NCBI GenBank assembly: GCA_043228905.1
Contig: JBHGNT010000010.1
Span: 10,540,001 to 10,604,000, forward strand
Reading direction: 5' to 3'
DNA: 64,000 nt
Source of the DNA: Azolla caroliniana
Lineage: Eukaryota > Plantae > Polypodiophyta
In this document: one piece after another, positions 11,773 to 25,010 of the stretch
How the letters are laid out: each line of letters starts with the position of its first letter
Numbering within the stretch: position 1 is the stretch's first letter
The notes under the pieces: model-generated
The model's database searches: none
The model's input: the letters and a program-made list of their open reading frames with translations, nothing else
Told to the model about the DNA's origin: nothing
Made by a program: the position numbers and the translations under genes

Positions 11773-13570
11773 TTAGATCAAAAAATGGGGGGGGGGGAAT
11801 TGTTGTCCACAAAACAACAAACGGCTGTATGAAAAATCCTGTTGCTTTTCAACAAGCACCAAAACATAGCTAGCAAGCTTCTGAAAACAACTAGACATTG
11901 ATATCACTAAAAGCAATATGGGTGATTTGTTGGCAATGGGGGGTAGAGTTAGTGAGGTGGCTGGTAGTAGCATTTCGGATGTCCTGACAGAAGTCCACCA
12001 ATGGTCTGGTTTCCTAGAGTGAGATAAAGTGTGCTCGTGCCAATTCTTGAGAACATTGACGAGAACATTCCAAGGTAGAGTTTGGGGCTCTCCAAAGAAT
12101 TCCTTTTCTCAATAGTTTCTAGGCTTTCATGACCGATTGTACTAGTGCATTGTCCATGTTGTGCGGAATCTTCATGTTCAATTCCTTTATAAATGCCCAG
12201 CAGGGGGTGTTCAGCCATTTCACCCCCCCCACTCTCGGTTTCCATACATTTAATCTGCAATGGCATAAAGTTTTCTACATTTCCTCTCTTGGAGTTAAGC
12301 ATCTCACAACAAATTTATCCATTAATGCCATGCTCTGTATTTATGGATTGATTAGACATAAGTCTCTATCTTTCTTTTTTCGTGTTATGGTGCACCATAC
12401 CACTTTACTCGTTACATTACCCTTAGTCTTGTGGGTCTAGAGAAATTGTGTAATGTCTCTTTTTATTCTTGCAAGTTCTGTTTTGTCCCAAATCTAGCAA
12501 GAAACGTGTGCCATAGCATTGATAGCAAAATTTGATTAACAAATAGGACTCTTCTTGCAAGAGAGAGCATGGTTGTGCTCCACAGTCTAATCTTGTTTTT
12601 GATGCATTGTTTTAAAGATCAAATTAGCAACTGTTTGTCCCAATTAATGCCAATCCAAAACCCCAAGGATCGCATTGCGACATTTTCAGACCGCCAACAA
12701 AAGGCTGAATCCGAACACCATGATGGTTTCTAACCTCTTCCAATCCATAGACTTTTTTATTTGTGCCAATTTATTTTGGTTCCTAAGCATTTGTAGAATC
12801 GGTCTATCCATTGTTCGCTCCTCAACTAGTTGTCATGGGTGCCTTTGACGAACAACATAGTATCATTTGTAAAGGCAGATATCCTAGTTTTGATTTGTGT
12901 TCAAGAATTTTCAGACCATGAATTTGCATCGCAAGGGCTTGTAAACCTGCATCCAGCACATCAACATACAATAGAAAGAGGAAGGGGGCTAAAGGGCACC
13001 CTTGCCTAATAGAACAAGTGATCTGGAAGCATGTACCCTTTTTCCCACAATGAGAACTTGGCTACTAGTTGTATTTGAAAAGTGCATTTTCCTTAGGACT
13101 TTATCTAGATATTGCCAATTGACCTTGTCGAACACTTTTTCAAAGTCGAGCACTAGAATTGCAATATCCTGCTTCCGTTATCGTGTTATTGCACAAGCTT
13201 CCTAGCATATAAATAGATTTTCAAATATGCATCTATCTTCCATAAATCCCGATTGGTCAACATGGATTAGCTTGGGCATTAGTCATTTGATTTTGTTCAC
13301 CAATATTTTAGCATAGATCTTGTAAATGGTGTCCAATATGGTAATTGGTCTCCACTTTTTCAGATCTGCATGTAGCATTGAATCATTAGATTTTGGAATT
13401 AGATAGATTATGCCTTTCGGGAAGCTTTCCGGCATCCAACCACCATGCCATATTTCAGCAAGACCCTTGATCAAAGACTTCTTAATAGCATCCCAAAATA
13501 ATTCATAGAATAGTCTACCTAAACCATCTAGACACAGGGCATGAGTCCCCATTGATGGATAACAAGGCAT
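11773..13570 (-). mobile_element. Degenerate 5'-truncated L1 LINE (RT to C-terminal zinc finger)
   Basis: DGLGRLFYELFW...IYLIPK...WRPITILDTIYKIYAK (13283-13570); QGCPLAP-type motif near 12990-13005; fragments to 11773; many stops and frameshifts. Confidence 0.85.
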
Positions 13571-14077
13571 TAGATATTGTTGGACGGCAAGCTCAACCGG
13601 ATTTGGATCGATTGAATAAGCCTGAGTAGGATTGGCATCCGGAAGGATGAAGCCGGATCGGCGAGCCGGTGAGCTAGATCAAACAGTAACCGGAAGCCTA
13701 GTAGTAGCCTAGACTACTAGGTAGTTAATAGTCTCGTAGTTAGTGTCAGACACTCGTATGAGCATTGAAGTACACAATACTTCTGTCAGTCCTCTTAGGA
13801 CTTGTATAAATAGTGTTGTTGAGCACGTTGTATGTACAGAGAACTGTTATTATTTTGAACCAGATTTAACTTGTTTTGCTCTTTCTCTGTCTCTCCCGCG
13901 TACTATCAAGCTCTCCATTAAACCTGCGTTCCTGTGTTCGGTTTTCTATTGCTTCCGCATGCTATTCGTTTCTACATGGTATCAGAGTGAGACGGTTGAG
14001 AACCTCTACAACCGACCTTACCTCAAGAAGAAAACCTAACCTTCGTAAAGAACAAGAAAAACAAAATAGACAGAGGA

Positions 14078-17000
14078 ATGGCTAGCTCGCTCCTGGTGGA
14101 GAAGCTCAACATAACCAACTACGCATCTTAGTCTTACAAGATGCACCAGTATCTGCTTGGGCATGGTTACTGGAGCTATGTCGACGGAGCTAACGACACT
14201 GCACCTGATGCGGCATACAAGGAATTCCCTGTGTGGGAACAAGCGGCAAGCAGAGTGATGTACTGCTTTGCGTCCATTGTCGGAGACCAACTACTGAGCC
14301 ATGTCCGAGATGCCAAGAGGCCAAAAGAAGCTTGGGGAAACCTGAAGAAGGTTTTCGTGGCAAGCACTACGGCCTGGAAGCTGCAACTCCGATAGGAGTT
14401 GAGCAATGTCTGACAGAAGGACATGTCGGTAGCCGATTACACGGCCCGAATCAAAGAGATCTGTTACTCACTTGCCTCTATCAACGTCACTGTGGAGGAA
14501 GATGAGTTGGTGCAAATCTATCTTGGGGGCCTAGTGTCTAAGTTTACAGTGTTCCGAACGGTTGTATGTACAAGGGAGAATATGCTGTCATTTTTTGACT
14601 TACAGTCGATGCTCCTTATAGAGGAGAACCACGCCGGTGCGTCAACAAGTGCACCCATCGACAACCGGATGCTGTACACGGAGGCGGATCGGCCCTGTGG
14701 GCGTGGTGGACGAGGCGGGTCGGCTCGCAATGGTAGCGGCCGGCAAGAGTAGGACCGAAGGCATAGAGAACGTGCCGACAACAGTTCTGGACCCTCCACA
14801 AGCAGGGGGAGTCAAGGCAGCACCGGAGGCTGGCAAGCAAAGGCCGACACGGAATGCTAGTACTATGGTAAAAAGGGCCACAGAGAAAGCGAGTGCTAGA
14901 AGAAGCGTGCTAATTTAGACAGATCCGGATCCGACAAGGCCGACAGAGAGAACCGACAATACTCGCACTACGCAAAAGGATCGAGAGGATCCAAAACTGG
15001 GAAAGCTGGTAAAGGGCTAGCCTTGGTGATGAAACATGAGGCTAACTCGATGAAGAAGACCACTTCCAAATTGGAGGAAGTGTGGTACGTTTATTCCGGT
15101 GCGTCGAATCACATGACGAGCCATGAAGAGTGGTTCTCTTTCTTGGAGAAACCGGAACAACCAGGAGTTGTTGAAATCGGAGACGACACTCCACAGCCAA
15201 TCGTGCATGTCAGAGAAGTCCCTTTGAGCCACGTCGAACAGAGGGGGAAGCTGATGAACGTATTACACGTTCTGACCATCACGAAGAACCTGGTGTCGGT
15301 TGGACAGATTGTCGACTAGGGAATGCAGGTGCGGTTTACGCACCTCGGGTGCTTCATCAAGGAAGAGGGCCAAATCATTGCGCAAGGGCGCAGAGACGGG
15401 AGGATGTTTATCCTTGACACCAATGACGTCGGCACCGCTTTGTTCGCCAAAGGACAGAAGATTGAATCAGATATTGATCTCTGGCACAAGTTGTTTTCGG
15501 TTTGCCGACAGTTAGTGGCCGGAAGGCCCATGTATGTGAAGCTTGCCAACACGGGAAGCAACACCGGCTTCCATTCCCCACCGAACGAAACCGTAACCGT
15601 AACAAGCTCGACCTTATTCATTCGGATGTATGGGGACCGGCACAGAATGTGAGTCTTGGTGGGAGTCGATATTTCGTCTCCTTCATCGACCACTACAGTT
15701 GGCACACGTGGATCTACGTCATTGAGTGGAAGAGTGAAGTCTTCGAGTGTTTCCGGAACCTTCGAAGTTTGGTTGAACAGGAAATGGAGAGGAGGATCAA
15801 GTGCTTGCGGTTGAATGACGGAAAAGAATATTTTTTCGGCCAATTCAACAGTTATCTGCAGCAAAAAGGAATTTGGAGAGAGTTCAGTTATAGATACACA
15901 CCGGAGCAAAACAGTGTGGCCGAAAGGAAGAACCGGTCGATTGTCGACGCGGCGAGGGCAATGTTGGAGGACATGAGCATGCCCCATTTCTACTGGGCTG
16001 AGGTGGTCCAGACGGCCGTCTACATCCAAAACCGGGTCGGTGACAAGGTGTCCGCGCATGAGTTGTATTTCGAGTGCAAGCCGAATTTGAGACACCTTCG
16101 GATATTCGGTAGCATTGCATATGTGCATGTGCTGGTTGAGAAACGGAGGAAGTTGGATGCAAAGTCGGAGAAATGCATCCTAGTCGGTTACTCGCATGAG
16201 GAAAAGGGGTATAAGTGTTATAACCCCCGAACGAAGCAGGTCCGAGTTAGCTGGGATGTTGAGTTTGATGAGACGGCATCATGGTATCCTTACTGGCTCC
16301 GACTTCCGACCCCGACCCGATACCGGAGGATGAGGCTAGTGAGCCTGAACCGGTCCAGTTAGAAGACGAAGGGTTTGAGACTCTAGATGAGAGTCCAGAA
16401 TCGTTTTGGTTGAGCGGGCCGAACGAGCGGCTGAGTCGGGATGACCAGTTGGATGAGGAACCAGCGAGTAGTGGAGACTCTGCCGTGCTCTCCCCGCGCA
16501 AGGAACCGAGGAGACGGTTCACGCGCAAAGAAAAGGGGAAGAAGAAGATGCTGGAATACGAAACTCACAACGTTGAGTCAGATCGGAGAGAATCCGACTC
16601 CGTAAAGGATGAAGGCGGATCTTCGGGAACGAAGTCCGGACCGCCCAAGAAGGGCCCCAAACCGGGTAACTATAAGTTACGCCGGTCTTCCCGCCAGAAG
16701 AACCCCATGAAGCGGTATGGGTACAATGAGTACATGGCGCATCACTATGCGTACATGACCAAAGTGGCGGAAGTGCGTCAACTGGAGAGCTACGCAGAAG
16801 CGGAAAAGGATGCAAATTGGCGTGCCGCTATGGAGGAAGAAATGCGGGCACTTGATGCCAATGACACATGGGATCTAGTTGACCCTCCCCGACATTGTAA
16901 ACCGATCGGATGTAAGTGGGTGTACAAGGTAAAGTACAATACCGATGGTTCGGTTAACCGGCACAAGGCCCGGTTAGTGGCGAAGGGATACTTGCAGACC

Positions 17001-18488
17001 CACTAAATCGACTACGACAAGACCTTCGCTCCGGTAGCGAAGATGACGACGGTTTGTGTGGTGTTGGCGGTTGTAGCGGCAAGGGGGTGGCATCTTCACC
17101 AGATGGACGTGAAGAATGCATTTCTTCAAGGCGATCTTGAAGAAGAGGTCTTTATGACCCAACCCCTTGGTTTCCAGTCGGAGATGAACAAGTGGGCGGT
17201 ATGCCGACTAAAGAAGTCACTTTATGGCATGATGCAAGCCCCCTGAGCTTGGAATGCGAAGATCACGCACCGGTTGCGTAAGATGGGGTTTGTGGCCTCC
17301 AAGTCCGACTCTTCGTTGTTCATCCGGCAAGGTCTGGATGGTCCGGTTTGCATCTTGCTGTATGTTGATGACCTAGTCATCACCTGACCCAGACTCAATG
17401 AAATCAGTCGGGTCAAGTCCCAGCTGTCGGACGGATTTGAGATGAAGGACCTGGGGGACCTTCACTATTTCCTTGGGATTGAGGTGATCCAAACCCCCGA
17501 TGGCATATTGCTCTCACAAAGACACTATGTGTTGACTATGTTGTACAAGTTTGGCATGATGGAATGCCGACCGATCTCCACACCCTTGGACCGGAACCGG
17601 AAGCTCTGTCCTGACTCCGGACCGGCCTGCGATGAGAAGCGGTTCCGACAAATTGTCGGAAGCCTCATATATTTGACAATCACCTGACCCGACATCAGTT
17701 ATCCGGTCGGCGTGATCAGCCAATATATGCAAAAGCCGACCGTTGAGCACCTTCTATGCGTGCATCGGATTTTGCGATATGTGAGTGGCATGAAGGATCG
17801 GGGATTGGTATATCGGCATGGTATAACTGAAGAGCTAGTTGGCTACACTAATGCCGACTGGGCCGGCGATGCATCGGATCGCCGGTCCACCTCCGGCTAT
17901 ATGTTTTCCCTTGGTAGCGTGGCTATAACGTGGAGCAGCAAAAAGCAGCCAACAATGGCCCTTTCGAGCAGTGAGGCTGAATACCGGGGCGCTACCGTTG
18001 CCACCTGTGAAGCCATTTGGCTTCGACGACTGCTGCAACACCTGCAGATTGAGGTGCCGACCCCGATCTTGATGTACTGCGACAACATAAGCAGCATGCA
18101 GCTCACCAAGAACCCCGTATTCCATGCTCGCACAACGCACATAGAAGTGCACTACCACTTTGTGAGGGAGTGTGTCCTAAGCGGTGAAGTCGAACTTCGG
18201 TATGTTCATACGGATCGGCAAGTTGCCGACATCTTCACCAAATTGCTCGGGTCGGACAAGTTGTAGCACCTCACCGAAATGCTTGGTGTTCAGCATCTCA
18301 ACGTGCCACACTTGAGGGGGAGAACTGCCAAAGGCAAAGAAACTGCCGATTGCGCCGGTGAGGGAAGAACCAACAAAGGGGGAGACAAGAAGAAGAACGG
18401 AGCTGAGTCGACAAAGGAAGTTCACACATCTGAACAAGTTGGAGCAGCCGACAACGACGGTAGAGTCAAGAAGGACAGAGCTGACTGG
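14078..18488 (+). pseudogene. gag-pol: Copia A gag-pol (gag, PR, GAG-pre, INT, RT, RNase H), disrupted
   Basis: MHQYLLGHGYW gag; WYVYSGASNHMT protease; LDLIHSDVWGP integrase; [12 protein letters not shown] and LYVDDL RT; ADWAGD...RSTSGY and HIEVHYHFVRE RNase H; several stops and frameshifts. Confidence 0.93.
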
Positions 18489-19155
18489 TGTTGTGTTGTT
18501 ACGCGCGTGCGTATAGAATGAGGCAGGACCACGGGGGTCTTGGACTGAGGAATAACCGATCAGGAGTAGGAGCAAGAAAGACAACGGCCGTGCTTCCACA
18601 CACACACACACACACAGATACACAGAAACCGCAACCTAATGAAACAATGGAAACGAGATGAATGTGTATTTGTATATATATATTCTGATGAAAAAGGGGT
18701 TACAACCGGCAGGTCGGTGAACGACAAATCTCCTATGCCTATGCACACGCACACAGAAGAGCGAGATGGAGACTCTACCGGAAGCACTCGGGCGTTCCGC
18801 GGAGCAGAGTCAGCCTCCCGAAAACCTGCACAGAGCAAATACAAAGAAAGATGGAGGAGAAGAGCTCGGTCCCTGTCCGACAACACTTCGTCCTCGACAA
18901 AAGCGATCCCCTTTTACGATTCCTCTCACTCTCTTTTATAGCCCAAGGAGGGAGGCCGTTACAACTTGTTACATCATCTTTATTCTCCTTCCTTTCAGAC
19001 AAAGATATGCCTCGATTTCCTACTTATCAAATCCGTGCGACCTAGGATATTCACATAAGCCGACTTGTACCTAAATATGTACATTACAACAAAACTTGTG
19101 CCGGTTCGCACACATCATTCTCTGATTCCGCCTACGGGGGGTTTTCTCCACAACA
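18489..19155 (-). mobile_element. Solo LTR (667 bp) of an unrelated family inserted in copia A
   Basis: Termini TGTTGTG...CACAACA; 4-bp TSD CTGG at 18485-18488 and 19156-19159; minus-strand TATAAAA near 18935; removing it restores the copia A frame. Confidence 0.85.
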
Positions 19156-19604
19156 CTGGAAGAAGAAGGCCAAGACCCGGACATGGTCCGATGTGGTGAA
19201 GGGCCTGGAACCGGAAGACGAATCGGGAGCGACCGATTCGGACAAGAGCTAGAACGAATTGGAAACAACCTATTCGGTTCTACAGACGGATTCGGAAGAA
19301 CCAGATCAATTCAAGGCCAAGAGGACGAGAAGGTAGCGAAGGCCGACACCAACACAAAGGAATCGGCGAATCGGCAAGCACCAAAGTCACAAAAGCGAGG
19401 GAGCTGAATTGGGCCTGTTGAGCAGACAAGCCGACCGAGGAGGTCGAGGTGCGCAGAATCAGAAGGGTCGCGGCAAACTGGACCGGAATGGACGAGGAGC
19501 GCGAGCGAGGTGGAGTGACGCCAGAAGGATGTTGGGAGACAGGTCCCTCCGGATGGGAAGGGAGAAGAACAGTGCCGATGAACAAACTCAGCCGAGGCCG
19601 AAAC

Positions 19605-19895
19605 CGGATGGTGCAGACCCGGTGAGAACCGGATGAGGAGTCCCCGCTACGGATAGCCGAATGGTGCAGACCCGGTGAGAACCGGATGAGGAGTCCCCGG
19701 CTACGGAGAGCCGGATGGTGCAGACCCATTGAGAACCGGATGAGGAGTCCCCGGCTACGGAGAGCCGGATGGTGCAGGCCCGGTGAGAACCGGATGAGGA
19801 GTACACGACTACGGAGAGCCGGATGGTGCAGGCCCGGTGAGAACCGGATGAGGAGTACCCGGCTACGGAGAGCCGGATGGTGCAGACCCGGTGAG
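19605..19895 (+). repeat. 54-bp tandem array in the LTR U3 of the copia B/C family
   Basis: Unit GCCGGATGGTGCAGACCCGGTGAGAACCGGATGAGGAGTACCCGGCTACGGAGA, about 5 copies; also at ~23530, ~33160, ~36620(-), ~38770 and ~41105(-). Confidence 0.95.
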
Positions 19896-20405
19896 GAATG
19901 CTCACCGAATGAAGAGACATATTCGTAAATATGTTTCTGAGAGTCCATCGAGGCTATATTTGTAAATAGCTGAAAAGTCATATTAGTATAAATATGACTT
20001 AGGGCAAACTTATAGTTACCGTTAGTTGTTGTTGTTGTCATTCTTGTTGGTGCAAGAATAGAGTGTGTGCGTAACTGTACAGAGAGTGAGAGAGAGAGAG
20101 AAAGAGGTCGCTGCCTCGGTTGTAACCGCCGCCTGTGGCGAAGATCTGTGAGCGCGAGGTCATTGCCTCAGTGAACTCACTGTTGTATATTCTTATATAG
20201 TGACAGTTTGCAGCCTGTGGGCTGCCGTGGTTTTTCCCCTAGTTTGGGGTTTTCCACGTAAACCTCCTGTGTATCTACCTCTTCTTTGTGTCGTGTTTTA
20301 TTTCCCGTTTTTTGTGTATCATTCTAAGCTCGGTTGTGGCCGAGCATTGCGCATAAGGAGCGTTGAGTTCCCGTCAAGTGGTATCAGAGCAAAACAACAC
20401 AGAAA

Positions 20406-23400
20406 AAGGACGAATCGTTTGGTGGCATGTTCAAGCTCATCGGCTCCAACTATTCGGTGTGGAAGTCGAAGATGAGGGACATGCTCGTGGTTAAAGACCT
20501 CTAGCTGCCGGTTCAGTTAGGGGATAAGAGACCGGACAAAATCGACGCCGCGATATGGGAGGTGATGCACATGAAGACAACGGCGTACATACGGTGCTTC
20601 ATCGACATGAGCCTGTACAACAACTTCAAAGAAGAGAGCAAGGATCATGAGCTCTGGGAGAAGATCGGCATAATGTTCCAAAACAAAAATGCTGTTAATC
20701 AGGTTTCGGTATTTCGGAAGCTAGTAAGACTCCGGTACCAAGATGGCTCTAGCATGGCGGAGCACATGAATGCCTTCCAGGGGCTGATCCACCAGGAAAC
20801 ATCATTGGAAGTACCTCTCTCCGATGAGGTACTTGAGCTACTCCTGCTCGGTTCCCTCCCGGATAGCTGGGAGACGTTGGTTGTCACTTTGGGCAACGCC
20901 GGGCCGGAAGGAAAGCGGTTATCCCTAGCAAGGGTAAAGTCCAGCTTGCTAGATGAGGAGGCGCGTCGGAAAGACAAAGATACGAGCTCCGACTCCAATG
21001 CGCTCCTTACTGAATCGGAACGCGGAAGACATAGAAACCGTAGTCCCCAGAACTGGGAGAAGTCGGGGACACGGTCAAAGTCAAGGGGGAGACCTACTTG
21101 CTTCTATTGGGGCAAGCCGGGACACTTCCAGAAGAACTGTCGGCATTTCCGAAAGGACAAGGAAACCAACGACACCGATTTGAAGCGGATACCGGACCGG
21201 AACGGTAAAGACCGGAGGGGGCCGGACCGGAAGGGGACGACGACAATCGCGGCAAGTGAAGAAGAGTTGATGCTCATCACCGAGGAGAGTGAGATAAACC
21301 TTGCAGGCGACGAGATGACCTGGGTGGTAGACTCCAGAGCGTCGTTCCACCTTACCCCGGACCGGAAATGCTTCTCATCCTACTCAGCCGGTGATCACGG
21401 CTGTGTCCGGATGGGGAATGAAGGTACATGCCGAATTGTCGGCATTGGAGACGTGTGGTTGTCAACACCAACTGGATGCAAGTTGCTGCTGAAGGATGTC
21501 CGACACGTTCCAGAGGTTCGACTGAACCTGATATCAGCCGGTCGGCTAGATGATGAAGGCTACACGGGTAGCATCCGGAACGGTGTCATGAAGTTCAGCA
21601 AAGGGAGCCTGATTGTGGCTCGGGCCCGGAAGGTCAACACTCTGTACCTGATGAATGCCCGGTTAAGTCCAGAAGAAGTGAACGTGGCATCCGACACTGC
21701 CGGTGAGCTGTGGCACAAGACGCTGTGTCACATGAGCGAGAAGGGGATGAAGAGGCTTGCAGAAGACAACCTCATTCTAGTGAAGAACGTGCACTTGGAG
21801 AAGTGCACTGATTGTCTGGCCGGTAAGCATAACCAGACCTCTTTTCGACCAAGGCAACCGATGAGACATAATGCACCACTGGAGTTGGTGCATACGGATG
21901 TGTGTCAAGTGGACACGAAGTCACATGCCGGAGCGTAGTACTTCGTGACATTCATAGATGACCACAACCGGAAGCTGTGGGCCACATCGTTGAAGACAAA
22001 GGATCAGGTGCTATCCATCTTCAAAGAACTCCACGCGAGAGTGGAAAGAGAAACCGGCCAGAAGCTGAAGGCGGTTCGAGCAGATAACGGAGGTGAATAC
22101 CGGGGGCAGTTCGAGGAGTACTGTCGCTCGAAAGGAATCCGGCTCGAATTTACTGTGCCGAAGACGCCAGAACTAAACGGACTGGCCGAGAGGATGAACC
22201 GGACTATAATGGAGAGGGTCCGGAATATGCTAGCGCATGCAAAACTACCCAAGAAGTTCTGGGCTAAGTCATTGTCAATGGCGACATATGTGATAAATAG
22301 ATCACCCTCAGTACCCCTGGCAATGGTACCGGAAGGAGCCCCCCCCGGCAATGGTACCGGAAGTTCGATTCCTTCATGGCCGATCAAGGGTACCACAAGA
22401 CGCAGGCCGATCACTGCGTGTTTGTGAAGAGGTTCGAAGGAGGCGACTTCCTGATACTCCTTCTGTACGTGGTTGACATGTTGATGGTCGGACGGGACCA
22501 AGTCAAAATACGGATGTTGAAGAAGGCTCTCAACCGGAACTTCTCAATGAAAGACTTGGGTCTGGCAAGACAGATGCTGGGGATGCATATTATCCGGAAC
22601 CGGTCAGCGAAGCAATTATGGCTGTCACAGGAGAAGTACGTGACAAAGGTGCTTCACCGGTTCAACATGTCAGATGCGAAACCGGTCGGATCGACACTTC
22701 CGGCAAACTACAGGTTATCCGGTAAGCAAAGCCCGAAGACGAAAGTAGAGAAGGCGGATATGATGAAGATTCCATATGCCTCTACCGTCGGGAGCTTGAT
22801 GTACGCAATGGTGTGTACCCGATCGGATATAGGATACGCAGTCGGAGTGGTGAGCCGGTTTATGAGCAATCCCGGCAAGGAGCACTGGAACGCGGTCAAA
22901 TCGATACTCCGGTATTTGAAGGGCACTACTAATATGTGTCTCCGATTCGGCTCCGGAAAACCTCAACTTGACGGTTTCACCGATTCGGACATGTCGGCTG
23001 ATGTGGATACCAGTCGATCTACATCCGGGTATGTAATGACATATGCAGGGGGAGCTGTTTCGTGGCAGTCGAGGCTGCAGAAGACGGTTGCATTGTCAAC
23101 CACGGAGGCGGAGTACATGGCAGTTGTGGAAGCCGGCAAGGAAATATTATGGATGAAGGACTTCATCGGAGAGCTCGGTATCCGGCAAGAGGAATACCGA
23201 CTCTATTGCGACAGTCAAAGTGCCATCCACCTTGCTAAGAATACGGCCTACCATTTCGGGACGAAGCATATCCAGCGAAGGTATCACTGGATCCAGGAAA
23301 GAGTAGATGACCAAGAGTTCGCGTTGATGAAGATCCACACGATCGAGAACGGGTCAAATATGCTGACCAAAGTGTTGATACCCGACAAGCTGGATTCATG

Positions 23401-23443
23401 CCGGAAGAGAATCGGACTGGTAAGACACCCCATGCCGGAGTGA
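20406..23443 (+). pseudogene. gag-pol: Copia B gag-pol, disrupted; INT C-terminus and RT N-terminus deleted
   Basis: ORFs 20562-21938 (gag, knuckle, WVVDSRASFH protease), 21945-22320 (INT core), 22376-23443 (RT C-half, RNase H). Confidence 0.93.
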
Positions 23444-25010
23444 GGGGGGAGTCTATTGGGAGACAGGTCCCTCCGGATGGGAAGGAAGAAGAACAGTGCC
23501 GATGAACAAACTCGGCCGAGGCCGAAACTGGATGGTGCAGACCCGGTGAGAACCGGATGAGGAGTACCTGGCTACGGAGAGCCGGATGGTGTAGACCTGG
23601 TGAGAACCGGATGAGGAGTCCCCAGCTACGGAGAGCCGGATGGTGCAGGCCCGGTGAGAACCGAATGAGGAGTCCCCGGCTACGGAGAGCCGGATGGTGC
23701 AGGCCCGGTGAGAACCGGATGAGGAGTACCTGGCTACGGAGAGCCGGATGGTGCAGGCTCGGTGAGAACCGGATGAGGAGTACCGGACTACGGAGAGCCG
23801 GATGGTGTAGACCCGGTGAGGAATGCTCACCGGATGAAGAGACATATTCGTAAATATGTTTTTGAGAGTCCATCGAGGCTATATTTGTAAATAGCCGAAA
23901 AGTTATATTTGTATAAATATGACTTAGGGCAAACTTATAGTTACCGTTAGTTGTTGTTGTCATGCTTGTTGGTTCAAGAATAGAGTGTGTGCGTAACTGT
24001 ACAGAGAGTGAGAGAGAGAGAGAAAGAGGTCGCTGCCTCGGTTGTAACCGCCGCCTGTGGTGAAGATCTATGAGCGCGAGGTCGTTGCCTCAGTGAACTC
24101 ACTGTTGGATATTCTTACATAGTGACAGTTTGCAGCCTATGGGCTGCCGTGGTTTTTCCCCTAGTTTGGGGTTTTCCACGTAAACCTCCTGTGTATCTTC
24201 CTCTTCTTTGTGTCGTCTTTTATTTCCCGTTTTTTGTGTATCATTCTAAGCTCGGTTGTGGCCGAGCGTTGCGCATAAGGAGCGTTGAGTTCCCGTCAAA
24301 GGAGTCGGGTGGAAGGATCGGCTGCCATGGGTACTGACTCTACGATCCGACCTCAAGTTGAGCTTGAGGGGGAGTGTTGAGTGGCAAGCTCAACCGGATC
24401 TGGATCGGTTGAATAAGCCTGAGCCGGATCGACATCCGGAAGAATGAAACCATATCGGCGAGTCAGTGAGTTGGGGAGCCGGTTAGCTGCATCAAACAGT
24501 AATCGAAAGCCCTGTAGTAGCCTAGACTACTAGGTAGTTAATAGTCTCGTAGTTAGTGTCAGATGCTCATATTAGCATTGAAGTACACAGTACTTCTGTC
24601 AGTCCTCTTAGTACTTGTATAAATAGTGCTGTTGAGCACGTTGTATGTACAGAGAACTATTATTGTCTTTTAACAGATTTAACTTGTTTTGCTCTTTCTC
24701 TGTCTCTCCTACGTACTGTCAAGCTCTCCATTAAACCTACGTTTCTGTGTTCGGTTTTCTATTGCTTCCGCACACTATTCGTTTCTATAGATATTTCTTT
24801 TAGAATATTAATATTAGAAATAAGATGTTATTATTTCATGGAATATACAGGGCTTGGGAGGTAGAAATTACCTTAAAGTAAGGAGTGTTTTCCGTTGTCA
24901 GTTAAGGAAGTCTTTGATACGTAGGATTGATGTTCTTCTTATTCAAGAGCATCATTTAAATGAACAAAGGATACAAAAATATGGAAATTTGTTGCCAGGC
25001 CAGTGGAGAT

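Larger units (their letters stand above)
19530..24298 (+). mobile_element. Ty1/copia element B (Tnt1-like) nested in A, ~1-kb internal deletion
   Basis: LTRs 19530-20376 and 23454-24298; PBS TGGTATCAGAGC at 20379; PPT GAGGGGGGAG; TSD AAGGA at 19525-19529 and 24299-24303. Confidence 0.96.
13578..24789 (+). mobile_element. Ty1/copia element A (two LTRs, degenerate; hosts a solo LTR and copia B)
   Basis: 5' LTR 13578-13976; PBS TGGTATCAGAG (tRNA-iMet) at 13977; PPT TTGAGGGGGAG; 3' LTR 24375-24789; TSD GATAT at 13573-13577 and 24790-24794. Confidence 0.95.

Noticed and set aside
15316-16128. Long antisense ORFs over pol (also 53251-54015, 54387-54962, 59823-60461)
   Set aside because: Shadow frames of GC-rich coding sequence with no recognisable motifs.
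19605-19895. CRISPR-like appearance of the regular repeats
   Set aside because: Units are contiguous with no unique spacers, lie inside LTRs, and the context is eukaryotic with no cas genes.
19280-20041. 253-aa and similar repeat ORFs (23235-23963, 33017-33505, 38633-39076, 41023-41501) as genes
   Set aside because: By-products of the 54-bp LTR array; starts and stops are not consistent between LTR copies.
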